A stretch of 64,000 bases of DNA from Candidatus Pacearchaeota archaeon (lineage in GTDB: Archaea > Nanobdellota > Nanobdellia > Pacearchaeales > GW2011-AR1), in assembly GCA_026395815.1 (NCBI GenBank), contig JAPLXZ010000010.1:6659-70658 (forward strand). The letters are read 5' to 3'. A model generated the notes under the pieces. It was not told the origin of the DNA, ran no database searches, and worked only from the letters and a program-made list of their open reading frames with translations. Below, in pieces: positions 1 to 6,705 of the stretch. Position 1 is the first letter of the stretch. Every line of letters begins with the position of its first letter. The position numbers were made by a program, and so were the translations under genes.

Positions 1-201
1 AATATCCCCTTTGCTAGAGAGATCTAATGCTCCAACAAGATTCATCATTGTACTCTTTCCACTGCCCGAAGGTCCTACAATAGCAATAAAATCTCCCCTT
101 TTAATTTCTAAATTTACGTCACAAAGAGCTTTTATTTCGGTGTTTCCTAATCTATAATACCTGCATACATCTTTCAATTCGATTATGTTTTCGTTTTTCA
201 T
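1..201 (-). CDS. ABC transporter ATP-binding protein, N-terminal fragment (gene runs off the window start)
   Basis: Reverse-strand translation from the ATG at 201..199 reads MKNENIIELKDVCRYYRLGNTEIKALCDVNLEIKRGDFIAIVGPSGSGKSTMMNLVGALD. It has the Walker A motif GPSGSGKST and a MacB/LolD-like N-terminus. It is absent from the ORF track because it has no stop in the window. Confidence 0.85.
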   Translation of the reverse strand, partial: MKNENIIELKDVCRYYRLGNTEIKALCDVNLEIKRGDFIAIVGPSGSGKSTMMNLVGALDLSSKGDI

Positions 202-308
202 ATTATCATTCTCAGAATTCGTTCTGAGGTCACGCCACCCCTCTTTTATTTCTTTGATAGGTCTTTATTTAAATCTATCGATTATATTTAAAAGGAAATC
301 TACAAAGT

Positions 309-316
309 TTTATAAA
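309..316 (+). promoter_or_regulatory. TATA-like box upstream of rpoN
   Basis: tttataaa lies about 22-29 nt upstream of the ATG at 338. This spacing fits an archaeal TATA box driving a leaderless or near-leaderless mRNA. Confidence 0.35.
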
Positions 317-337
317 CCAAGAATAAGAAATAATAAC

Positions 338-535
338 ATGATAATTCCAGTAAGATGTTTTTCATGTGGAAAGCCCATAGGTCAACTTTGGGATGAATAT
401 AAGAAAAAAATTGCTAATGGAGAAAACTCTAAAAAAGCCTTAGATGATTTAGGTTTAGAAAGACCCTGTTGCAGAGCTATGTTCTTGGGACAAACCGATT
501 TAATCGAACTCGTTGGGAAATTTAAGAAGAGTTAA
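338..535 (+). CDS. rpoN: DNA-directed RNA polymerase subunit N (Rpo10/RpoN)
   Basis: The conserved protein starts at the internal ATG 338: MIIPVRCFSCGKPIGQLWDEYKKK...LGLERPCCRAMFLGQTDL. This is the CxxC...CC zinc pattern and ~65 aa size typical of Rpo10. The upstream 51 codons of track ORF 185..535 are low-complexity and overlap promoter-like sequence. Confidence 0.9.
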   Translation: MIIPVRCFSCGKPIGQLWDEYKKKIANGENSKKALDDLGLERPCCRAMFLGQTDLIELVGKFKKS

Positions 536-792
536 TATTTCATCTTCCATCTATTTACATAACTACAATTCTTGCATATTATTGATTTAATTTTATTTCT
601 TATTCTTATTCTTGAATTTTTATAAGGCATCAGGCATTTTTTGCAAAATTTTTTCTTTAATTTTTTTAATTGAATGTTATGACTCATTGCAATTTTCTTT
701 ATTTTTTTGACTTCTTTAGGAGATTTTTCTTTTGCATTCTCAAAAAATTCTGCAATTTCCTTTTCAGTTTCCTCCCCTGAAGATTTTTTCAT
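532..792 (-). CDS. rnp4: RNase P protein component 4 (Rpp21/Rpr2 family)
   Basis: The 86 aa product has a Lys/Glu-rich N-terminal helix region followed by a 4-Cys zinc ribbon (FCKKC...CKNCSYVNRW), which is the Rpp21 architecture. It lies tail-to-tail with rpoN. Confidence 0.7.
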   Translation of the reverse strand: MKKSSGEETEKEIAEFFENAKEKSPKEVKKIKKIAMSHNIQLKKLKKKFCKKCLMPYKNSRIRIRNKIKSIICKNCSYVNRWKMKY

Positions 793-837
793 AAAATAAT
801 CAAAGATTTAGACTATAAAAATTTTTTAAAAATCAAA

Positions 838-951
838 GAAGACAGCTTGATGATTTGGCACCTTGTCGGGTACTAACGTCATCAACATAGGAAGCTTAAC
901 TTCTGTGTTCGGAAAGGGAACAGGTGTTTCCAACCTATTATGGCCGTCTTC
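838..951 (-). rRNA. 5S ribosomal RNA (stand-alone, not linked to 16S/23S in this window)
   Basis: The reverse complement reads GAAGACGGCCATAATAGGTTGGAAACACCTGTTCCCTTTCCGAACACAGAAGTTAAGCTTCC...CAAGCTGTCTTC. It contains the universal 5S core CCGAAC...GAAGTTAAGC, and the termini pair (GAAGACGG/CTGTCTTC). Ends are good to within a few nt. Confidence 0.9.
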
Positions 952-971
952 AAAATTCTTTATTTTTGCTT

Positions 972-980
972 ATTTATAAA
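972..980 (-). promoter_or_regulatory. TATA-like box upstream of 5S rRNA
   Basis: On the minus strand tttataaat sits about 20-29 nt upstream of the inferred 5S 5' end (951). Confidence 0.35.
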
Positions 981-993
981 GCTTTTTATGAAG

Positions 994-1124
994 TGCGGAA
1001 GAAAGGATTTGAACCTTTGCAGGCACTAAGCCACAACGTTTCTCAGAAGCTTGCTTGCATATGGATTACTCCACAAACATTCTTCGCCTTAGCGTTGCCC
1101 ATTTGACCACTCTGGCACTCCCGC
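994..1124 (-). tRNA. tRNA-Leu (type II, long variable arm) with a ~47-nt intron at the canonical 37/38 position; anticodon reads AAG
   Basis: The reverse complement is GCGGGAG TG CCAG AGTGGTCAAA TGG G CAACG CTAAGG[CGAAG...CTTCTGAGAA]A CGTTG TGGCTTAGTGCCTGC AAAGG TTCAAAT CCTTT CTTCCGC A. The acceptor stem pairs with one G-U, the T-arm is intact, and the variable arm forms GGC/GCC. Discriminator A indicates Leu. The intron is flanked by a bulge-helix-bulge-like geometry (GAAG:CTTC inner helix; CTAA/TGAG central helix with one mismatch). No CCA is encoded. Confidence 0.8.
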
Positions 1125-1147
1125 TTAATAAAATAATTCTATAGTCC

Positions 1148-1155
1148 TATAAAAA
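1148..1155 (-). promoter_or_regulatory. TATA-like box upstream of tRNA-Leu
   Basis: On the minus strand tttttata ends about 23 nt upstream of the tRNA 5' end (1124). Confidence 0.4.
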
Positions 1156-1158
1156 CCT

Positions 1159-1431
1159 TTATAGAAGACTAAAGATTCCTTTTTGAATCAGCAGAATTCC
1201 AGCGATTATACACACCACCCAATAAACAGGCAAGAATATCAAAAGAATAAAAATAATTCCTGCGAAGATATCAATCCAGCTGGCAAAATCCTTTAATTTG
1301 CCTATTCCTGCTTTTATCAATAAAATAATTCCAAAAATAATTAAGATTGGGAGGGGTAAACCATCATTACTTCCAAATATTAAAATTAATCCACCTATTA
1401 GGTCAATTCCACCAAGTAATTTAACCAGCAT
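1159..1431 (-). CDS. small hypothetical membrane protein (about 3 hydrophobic segments)
   Basis: The 90 aa ORF is almost entirely hydrophobic with Gly-rich helices (LLGGIDLIGGLILIFG..., ILIIFGIILLIKAGIG..., IFAGIIFILLIFLPVYWVVCIIAGILLI). I recognise no family motif. Confidence 0.45.
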   Translation of the reverse strand: MLVKLLGGIDLIGGLILIFGSNDGLPLPILIIFGIILLIKAGIGKLKDFASWIDIFAGIIFILLIFLPVYWVVCIIAGILLIQKGIFSLL

Positions 1432-1450
1432 GTTTTTTAAACCAACTTAC

Positions 1451-1460
1451 TATTTAAAAA
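1451..1460 (+). promoter_or_regulatory. TATA-like box upstream of the intron-containing tRNA
   Basis: tatttaaaaa begins 26 nt upstream of the tRNA 5' end (1477). Confidence 0.45.
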
Positions 1461-1476
1461 GGTATATCCCTTGACT

Positions 1477-1602
1477 GCGCCTGTAACTCAGTTTGGATTA
1501 GAGTGCGTCCCCCCTACGAAAAACCGCAGGTTTTTTGTCCTTCAAAAAGCTCTGCTTTTCGAAGTAAGGACGAAGTCGAAGGTTCAAATCCTTCCAGGCG
1601 CG
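1477..1602 (+). tRNA. tRNA with a 50-nt intron; best reading is tRNA-Arg (anticodon CCT) with the intron at 37/38
   Basis: GCGCCTG TA ACTC AGTTTGGATTA GAGT G CGTCC CCCCTA[CGAAAAACC...TTTTCGAAGTA]A GGACG AAGTC GAAGG TTCAAAT CCTTC CAGGCGC G. All four stems pair, and the mature length is 76 nt. The intron inner helix GAAAA:TTTTC is placed exactly where a BHB h' helix should be. The central helix CCCC/GAAG has two C-A mismatches, so the BHB is relaxed. A20 in the D-loop is consistent with Arg. The isotype call is tentative. Confidence 0.7.
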
Positions 1603-1641
1603 TTTAGTAAACTTTATAACCTTTTGATATAAAAATCATTT

Positions 1642-1881
1642 ATGAAAAAAAAAAATTTCCCAAAATATCTTCATTATTTCTCTTTTATATCCATTGGTGT
1701 ATTGATGGCTATTGGAACTTTAATCAAACTTGTTGGGTTTTATGATTTTTCTTCAGATTGGTTTTGGTTTCTTGCAGGAATTGGCTTAGCTGTTGAAGGA
1801 ATTATCTCTCTTATAAAACAAATAAAATTTGATAAAAAATACAAGATAATAGAGAAAACAGAAAAGTTCCCTGAACAATAA
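1642..1881 (+). CDS. small hypothetical membrane protein
   Basis: The 79 aa ORF has two hydrophobic segments (YLHYFSFISIGVLMAIGTLIKLVGF; WFWFLAGIGLAVEGIISLI). No recognisable motif. Confidence 0.4.
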   Translation: MKKKNFPKYLHYFSFISIGVLMAIGTLIKLVGFYDFSSDWFWFLAGIGLAVEGIISLIKQIKFDKKYKIIEKTEKFPEQ

Positions 1882-1885
1882 ATAT

Positions 1886-1894
1886 TTAAAAAAC
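1886..1894 (+). promoter_or_regulatory. TATA-like box upstream of tRNA-Gly
   Basis: tttaaaaaa lies about 23-31 nt upstream of the tRNA 5' end (1917). Confidence 0.35.
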
Positions 1895-1916
1895 TTCAAT
1901 TTAACATTAAAGTATA

Positions 1917-1987
1917 GCGCTGATAGTTCAGTGGCAGAATCTCTGCCTTCCAAGCAGATGACTCGGGTTCGAATCCCGATCAGCGCA
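1917..1987 (+). tRNA. tRNA-Gly (anticodon TCC), no intron
   Basis: GCGCTGA TA GTTC AGTGGCA GAAT C TCTGC CTTCCAA GCAGA TGAC TCGGG TTCGAAT CCCGA TCAGCGC A. This is a full 71-nt cloverleaf with anticodon loop CT-TCC-AA. Confidence 0.9.
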
Positions 1988-1995
1988 TTTAAAAA

Positions 1996-2907
1996 ATGAA
2001 AATAAACAAAGAAAAATTCAAAAATAAGATTATGGGCTTTCACGATAAGCATTATAAGTTACTACTCTTAATTTCATTAGTCTTACTGCTCTCTTCTTTT
2101 GCATACATGGGATATTTTTACTCAGTTAATCATGACTTTATTAACAAAGATACGTCCTTAACAGGAGGCACTTCTGTAACAATAAATGAAAAAATTAATA
2201 TAGTAAATTTGAAAAACATCATTTCTAATCAACTCGATAATGTTAATATTCGTGAAATTTCAGATTTAATAACAAGAGAACAAATTGCTATAATCGTAGA
2301 AACAAAAAGCAATGAACAACAGACAAGAAATGTTCTTGAAGAGTATTTAGGACATGAATTAAATGAAAAAAACAGTAGTTTTGAGTTTACAGGCTCAACA
2401 TTAAGTGAAAGTTTCTATAAACAACTTTTAATCGCTATATTAATCTCCTTTTTACTTATGGCTATTGTTGTTTTCATACAATTCAAAATATTTATACCCT
2501 CAATAGCAGTAATTTTGTCTGCCTTTGCCGATATCCTTATGACTTTAGTGGTTGTAAATCTACTTGGAATTCAAATTTCAAGTGCGGGAATTGTGGCAAT
2601 TCTAATGCTTATAGGGTATAGCGTAGATACAGATATACTTCTCACTTCTAAGGTTTTGAAAGGAACTGATGGAACTGTAAATCACAGGATTTTTGAGTCT
2701 TTCAAAACAGGCATTACAATGACATTAACTTCTCTTTTTGCTGTCCTTCTTGCTTTGATTATTGTCGGCTCTTTTTCAGTGGTGTTATCTCAGATATTTA
2801 CAATAATGGTAATTGGCTTATCTTTTGATATATTCAATACATGGATAACAAATGTTTCAATAATTAAATGGTATGTTTTAAGAAAACAAAGAAAAAATGA
2901 AGATTAA
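1996..2907 (+). CDS. secF: protein-export membrane protein SecF
   Basis: The 303 aa product has an N-terminal TM segment, a periplasmic-type domain and a C-terminal 5-TM RND-like block (ILMLIGYSVDTDILLTSKVL...). It sits directly upstream of secD and overlaps it, which is the archaeal secF-secD order. The start could instead be Met13 at 2032. Confidence 0.85.
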   Translation: MKINKEKFKNKIMGFHDKHYKLLLLISLVLLLSSFAYMGYFYSVNHDFINKDTSLTGGTSVTINEKINIVNLKNIISNQLDNVNIREISDLITREQIAIIVETKSNEQQTRNVLEEYLGHELNEKNSSFEFTGSTLSESFYKQLLIAILISFLLMAIVVFIQFKIFIPSIAVILSAFADILMTLVVVNLLGIQISSAGIVAILMLIGYSVDTDILLTSKVLKGTDGTVNHRIFESFKTGITMTLTSLFAVLLALIIVGSFSVVLSQIFTIMVIGLSFDIFNTWITNVSIIKWYVLRKQRKNED

Positions 2908-4423
2908 ATTTACTTGGAAGATTTGGCTTTGGATAATCTTTTTACTCTTATCTCTCTTGTCTATTTTTTATAACCCAAATTATTTTTTGCAGAAAGGAGT
3001 TATCATAACTAGCATTGAACAAAATTCAACTGCATTTGAACAAGGACTAAGAACAGGGCAGATAATCACAGGGATAGACAATCAGCCCGTTGAAAATATT
3101 AAAGATTTTTCTAATATAATGGAAGGAAAATTTAATTCAAATGAAACAATAAAAACAACCATAACAACAAAAGATGAAGAATATGTCTTTTATTCCAATC
3201 AAACTCCAGATTTATTTGTTTCAGAAATTCCTAAAACAAATTTAAAATTAGGATTAGATTTAATTGGGGGTTCAAGGGCATTAATTGAAGCAGAAGATCA
3301 TAAACTAACTAAACAAGAAGTGAATGATTTAGCACAAATAATTGAAAATAGATTAAATGTTTTTGGTGTTTCTGATGTGAAGGTTATTCCAAGAGTGGAT
3401 TTATCAGGTGATAATAGATTAAGTATTGAAATTGCTGGTGCAACACCAAAAGACTTGGAAGAATTAATCTCCAAACAGGGAAAATTCGAAGCGAGAATAG
3501 GAAATGAAACTGTTTTTATCGGAGGAGAAAAAGATATAACTTCTGTTGCAAGATCTGGACAAGAATCAGGGATCTATCAATGTGAACAAGCCCAAAGTGG
3601 ATATTTTTGTACTTTCAGATTTACAGTTTATTTAAGTGAAAAAGCTGCGCAAAGACAAGCCAATATAACAAGTAATTTAAGTGTTAATTCAACGTCACAA
3701 GGAAATTATCTTTCTGAAAAATTAAATTTATATTTAGATGATAAATTTTATAGCAGTTTATTGATTAGTGAAAACTTAAAAGGAAGAGCAGAAACACAAA
3801 TTCAAATTTCTGGTTCTGGAAGCGGTCCTACAAAAACAGATGCATACAATGCAGCAGAAGAAGAAATGAACAAATTGCAAACAGTTTTAATTACAGGAAG
3901 TTTACCATTCAAACTAAAAATCGTCAAATTAGATACAATCTCCCCAACATTAGGAAAAAATTTTACAAAATACATTCTTATTGCAGGCGCCGTAGCTCTT
4001 CTTTCAGTAGTAATTATAATTTTTATCAAATATAGAAAAATTAAGATTTCAATTCCCCCATTAATAATTTGTACATCAGAAATAATCATAACCTTAGGTA
4101 TAGCAGCTCTAATGAAATGGGATTTGGATTTGCCAAGCATAGCAGGAATTCTTGCTGCAATTGGTACAGGAGTTGATGATCAGATAGTTATGTTAGACGA
4201 AGCAGAACATAAAGAGTTTTTAAGTATCAAACAAAGGATAAAGAGAGCTTTTGCAATAATACTTGGAGCATACTTTACTTCTGTTGCTTCATTATTGCCT
4301 CTTTGGTGGGCAGGAGCAGGATTATTAAGAGGGTTTGTATTTACAACAATAACTGGGATAACAATTGGGGTTTTGGTAACTCGTCCAGCATTTGCAGATA
4401 TTGTAAATATGATTGAACAGTAA
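2897..4423 (+). CDS. secD: protein-export membrane protein SecD
   Basis: The 508 aa product has an N-terminal TM segment, a large external domain (LGLDLIGGSRALIEAE) and a C-terminal TM bundle containing GTGVDDQIVMLDE. It overlaps secF by 11 nt. Confidence 0.85.
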   Translation: MKIKFTWKIWLWIIFLLLSLLSIFYNPNYFLQKGVIITSIEQNSTAFEQGLRTGQIITGIDNQPVENIKDFSNIMEGKFNSNETIKTTITTKDEEYVFYSNQTPDLFVSEIPKTNLKLGLDLIGGSRALIEAEDHKLTKQEVNDLAQIIENRLNVFGVSDVKVIPRVDLSGDNRLSIEIAGATPKDLEELISKQGKFEARIGNETVFIGGEKDITSVARSGQESGIYQCEQAQSGYFCTFRFTVYLSEKAAQRQANITSNLSVNSTSQGNYLSEKLNLYLDDKFYSSLLISENLKGRAETQIQISGSGSGPTKTDAYNAAEEEMNKLQTVLITGSLPFKLKIVKLDTISPTLGKNFTKYILIAGAVALLSVVIIIFIKYRKIKISIPPLIICTSEIIITLGIAALMKWDLDLPSIAGILAAIGTGVDDQIVMLDEAEHKEFLSIKQRIKRAFAIILGAYFTSVASLLPLWWAGAGLLRGFVFTTITGITIGVLVTRPAFADIVNMIEQ

Positions 4424-4916
4424 TATGAAGCCACAATCTCATTTTCTTTTAGGGATTTTTTTTGTTCTTTTTTTGTTCTTTTTATTTCCACAGACACCTA
4501 TTTCTGGCTTGCTGATAATCTTCTTATCAAGTATACTAATAGATGTAGATCATTATCTGTATTATGTTTTTAAGAAAGGAGATAAGAGTATAATCAGAGC
4601 GTATAAATGGTTTACAGAAAATAGAAAAAAGGCACATCATTTAAGCAAAAAGGAAAAAAGAGAAATATCCTTTGGATTTCTTTTTCTGCATGGAGTTGAA
4701 ATCTTAATTGCCCTATATTTTCTTTATGTTTATGTTTCTGAAATATTTTTATATCTGCTTATTGGATTTGGTTTCCATCTTCTTGTGGATATAGTTTCAG
4801 AAGGGATTGAATGTGGAAAATTCAATAAGATTTCTATAATCTACAGTTTTTTATTGCATAAACGATTAAAATTCATTGATGATATTGATTTGGCCGTATT
4901 TGGCAAACATCTCTAA
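4413..4916 (+). CDS. hypothetical polytopic membrane protein (possibly a membrane-bound metal-dependent hydrolase type)
   Basis: The 167 aa product has four hydrophobic segments with His/Asp motifs at helix ends (ILIDVDHYLYY, FLFLHGVE, GFHLLVDIVSEG). The family assignment is weak. Confidence 0.45.
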   Translation: MNSNMKPQSHFLLGIFFVLFLFFLFPQTPISGLLIIFLSSILIDVDHYLYYVFKKGDKSIIRAYKWFTENRKKAHHLSKKEKREISFGFLFLHGVEILIALYFLYVYVSEIFLYLLIGFGFHLLVDIVSEGIECGKFNKISIIYSFLLHKRLKFIDDIDLAVFGKHL

Positions 4917-5902
4917 ACCTGGTTTATTCTATCGGGATTCTTGAAGAATATTCCATATAGAAATCCGATTCCATATGAAAAATGAGTTAACATCGTAATA
5001 AATGTTACAAAAAGAGTTGTTTTTATGTTCTCATGAATACTTGTAAAAAGAATAACTGAAAAATAGAGGAAGAATAAGTCCAGAAAAAGGATTCTCATTG
5101 CAATAGAGAAGATAGAGTCTACAATTCCAATAATAAATGCAATGCTGAAAAGACTTAACAAGGAAAAATATAATTTATCAAAGGAAAATTCTTCTTTTGA
5201 AAGCCAGGCAATATCCCTGCCGTAAATATACATTTGCCTGAGATGTTTCTTTATTGTATCTCGTCTATGATGATATACAACCACATTTCCAGCATAGAGG
5301 ATTTTATACCCTTCTTTTTTTATATCAAAACAGAATTTTGAGTCTTCTGCGGTTAAAAATCCAGAATTGTATTCAGGAGAGATTTCTTTTCTTGTTATAT
5401 AATTGCAGGAAGGCAATTCTTTTACAAACTGATTTTTTGCTTTTCTATATCGAATATAGGCAAATCCACTTGTCCAAAAATTAGCAAGGACATACCCAGA
5501 AATCTTTTCAACAAAATTTCCTTCAGGAGGAGTTAAGTTCGGCCCACCAACTAAGCCGATTTTTGAATCTTCGAAATATCCAACTGCATTTTTAAGCCAG
5601 TTCTTTTCAGGATAAGCATCAGAATCAATAAAAGCAAAAAAATTTCCTTTTGCTTTTTTCATGCCAAGATTCCTTTTAACAGAAGGTTTAACCTTTCCTG
5701 TTTTTATTATCTTTATTCTTTTATTGCTAAACTTTTTTGATTTTTTTTTATCAGATTCATCAGGAAGAACAAGAATCTCATAATTAGAATAATTTAGATT
5801 TAGACACTCTTTTAGGCATTTTTCAGTAAAAGAATCCATCTCCTTGCAAGGAATAATTATTGAAACCTTTTTATCAGACATAAAAATTACTTGGAGAATC
5901 AA
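4913..5902 (-). CDS. family 2 glycosyltransferase with C-terminal membrane segments
   Basis: GT-A N-terminus VSIIIPCKEMDSFTEKCLKECLNLNYSNYEILVLPDES and a DxD-type motif FIDSDAYPEKNWL, followed by about 3 C-terminal TM helices. The true start is probably Met8 (5881). Confidence 0.8.
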   Translation of the reverse strand: MILQVIFMSDKKVSIIIPCKEMDSFTEKCLKECLNLNYSNYEILVLPDESDKKKSKKFSNKRIKIIKTGKVKPSVKRNLGMKKAKGNFFAFIDSDAYPEKNWLKNAVGYFEDSKIGLVGGPNLTPPEGNFVEKISGYVLANFWTSGFAYIRYRKAKNQFVKELPSCNYITRKEISPEYNSGFLTAEDSKFCFDIKKEGYKILYAGNVVVYHHRRDTIKKHLRQMYIYGRDIAWLSKEEFSFDKLYFSLLSLFSIAFIIGIVDSIFSIAMRILFLDLFFLYFSVILFTSIHENIKTTLFVTFITMLTHFSYGIGFLYGIFFKNPDRINQV

Positions 5903-5991
5903 TTTAAATATTTATGTACAATTCCTTCAATTTAATGAACCATAATCTTTCAGATATAAATATTTAAAAAAAACTGATTTTTCTCATTTTA

Positions 5992-6705
5992 ATGAAAGCA
6001 ATAGTCCTTGCAGCGGGTTTTGCAACTCGATTATATCCTTCGACATTAAATAAATCTAAATCTCTTTTAAAAGTGAATAATAAACTCGTAATAGATTACA
6101 TAATCGAAAAAATCCAGAAAATAAAGAATATAGATGAAATTATCTTAGTAACAAATAATAATTTTTATCAAGACTTTCTTAACTGGAAAAAAGATAGAGA
6201 AATTCTAACTATCTTAAATGATGGTGTTTCTAAATTAGAAGATAAATTAGGTGCTATTGGCGATTTATTATTTGCTATAAATAAAAGGGGAATAAATGAT
6301 AATCTTCTTGTTATTTCAGGAGATAATCTTTTTGATTATTCCTTAGAAGAGCCTTATGAAGTTTTTAGAAGAGAAGGGAAAGATTTATCTTTATTTTATG
6401 ATACAGGAAATTTTGAAGAAGCAAAACGATTTGGCGTGGCTCTAATTGAAAATAATTTCCTTGTGAATTTTGAAGAAAAACCACAAAATCCAAAATCCAC
6501 TTTTTGTTCATCAAGTACTTATTTTTTTAAGAAATCCACTATTCCACTAATAAAAGAATTTGCAAGTAAAGGGCTTGCAGATCAACCCGGTTTATTCTTG
6601 CAATATTTATACAAGAAAGTCCCAATTTTTGCATACGTTACCCAGGGCAAGTGGTTGGATATAGGAACTAAAGAATCTTTTGAGAAAGCGCAAAGAGAAT
6701 TTTAA
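5992..6705 (+). CDS. sugar-1-phosphate nucleotidylyltransferase (NDP-sugar pyrophosphorylase)
   Basis: N-terminal signature MKAIVLAAGFATRLYPSTLNKSKSLLKV (GxGTRL type), plus ISGDNLFD and EKP motifs. Confidence 0.8.
   Translation: MKAIVLAAGFATRLYPSTLNKSKSLLKVNNKLVIDYIIEKIQKIKNIDEIILVTNNNFYQDFLNWKKDREILTILNDGVSKLEDKLGAIGDLLFAINKRGINDNLLVISGDNLFDYSLEEPYEVFRREGKDLSLFYDTGNFEEAKRFGVALIENNFLVNFEEKPQNPKSTFCSSSTYFFKKSTIPLIKEFASKGLADQPGLFLQYLYKKVPIFAYVTQGKWLDIGTKESFEKAQREF

Noticed and set aside
185-337. A 51-codon N-terminal extension of the rpoN ORF (MFSFFILSFSEF...).
   Set aside because: It is low-complexity and not part of the conserved ~65-aa Rpo10 protein, which begins MIIPVRCFSCGKP at 338. It also overlaps the divergent promoter region and the 5' end of the ABC ATPase gene.
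924-1106. A 60-aa ORF on the + strand in the ORF track.
   Set aside because: It lies entirely antisense to the 5S rRNA (838..951) and the intron-containing tRNA-Leu (994..1124), so it is explained by structured-RNA genes and is not coding.
1477-1602. An alternative reading of the tRNA insert as two separate introns (two hairpins ACGAAAAACC/GGTTTTTTGT and CTTCAAAAAGC/GCTTTTCGAAG) giving a CTTCTAA loop (Arg-TCT).
   Set aside because: It requires splice sites at 31/32 and 35/36 with no supporting bulge-helix-bulge geometry. The single canonical 37/38 intron fits the inner helix and bulge positions exactly. It is retained only as an alternative for software or RNA-seq to test.
1645-1655. An A11 homopolymer at the start of the small membrane-protein ORF (ATG-AAA-AAA-AAA-AAT).
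   Set aside because: Poly-A/Lys runs are common throughout this AT-rich sequence, for example in many ORF termini. It is not distinctive in the way the G10 and C8 tracts are.
3802-4497. Two antisense ORFs (112 and 105 aa) inside secD.
   Set aside because: These are shadow ORFs opposite a well-supported gene. They have no motifs, and such ORFs are typical of AT-rich DNA with few stop codons in some antisense frames.
1917-4916. The glycan island as an integrative element inserted at tRNA-Gly.
   Set aside because: I saw no integrase, transposase or excisionase, and no direct repeat of the tRNA 3' end at a distal boundary within the window. secF and secD lie between the tRNA and the island.
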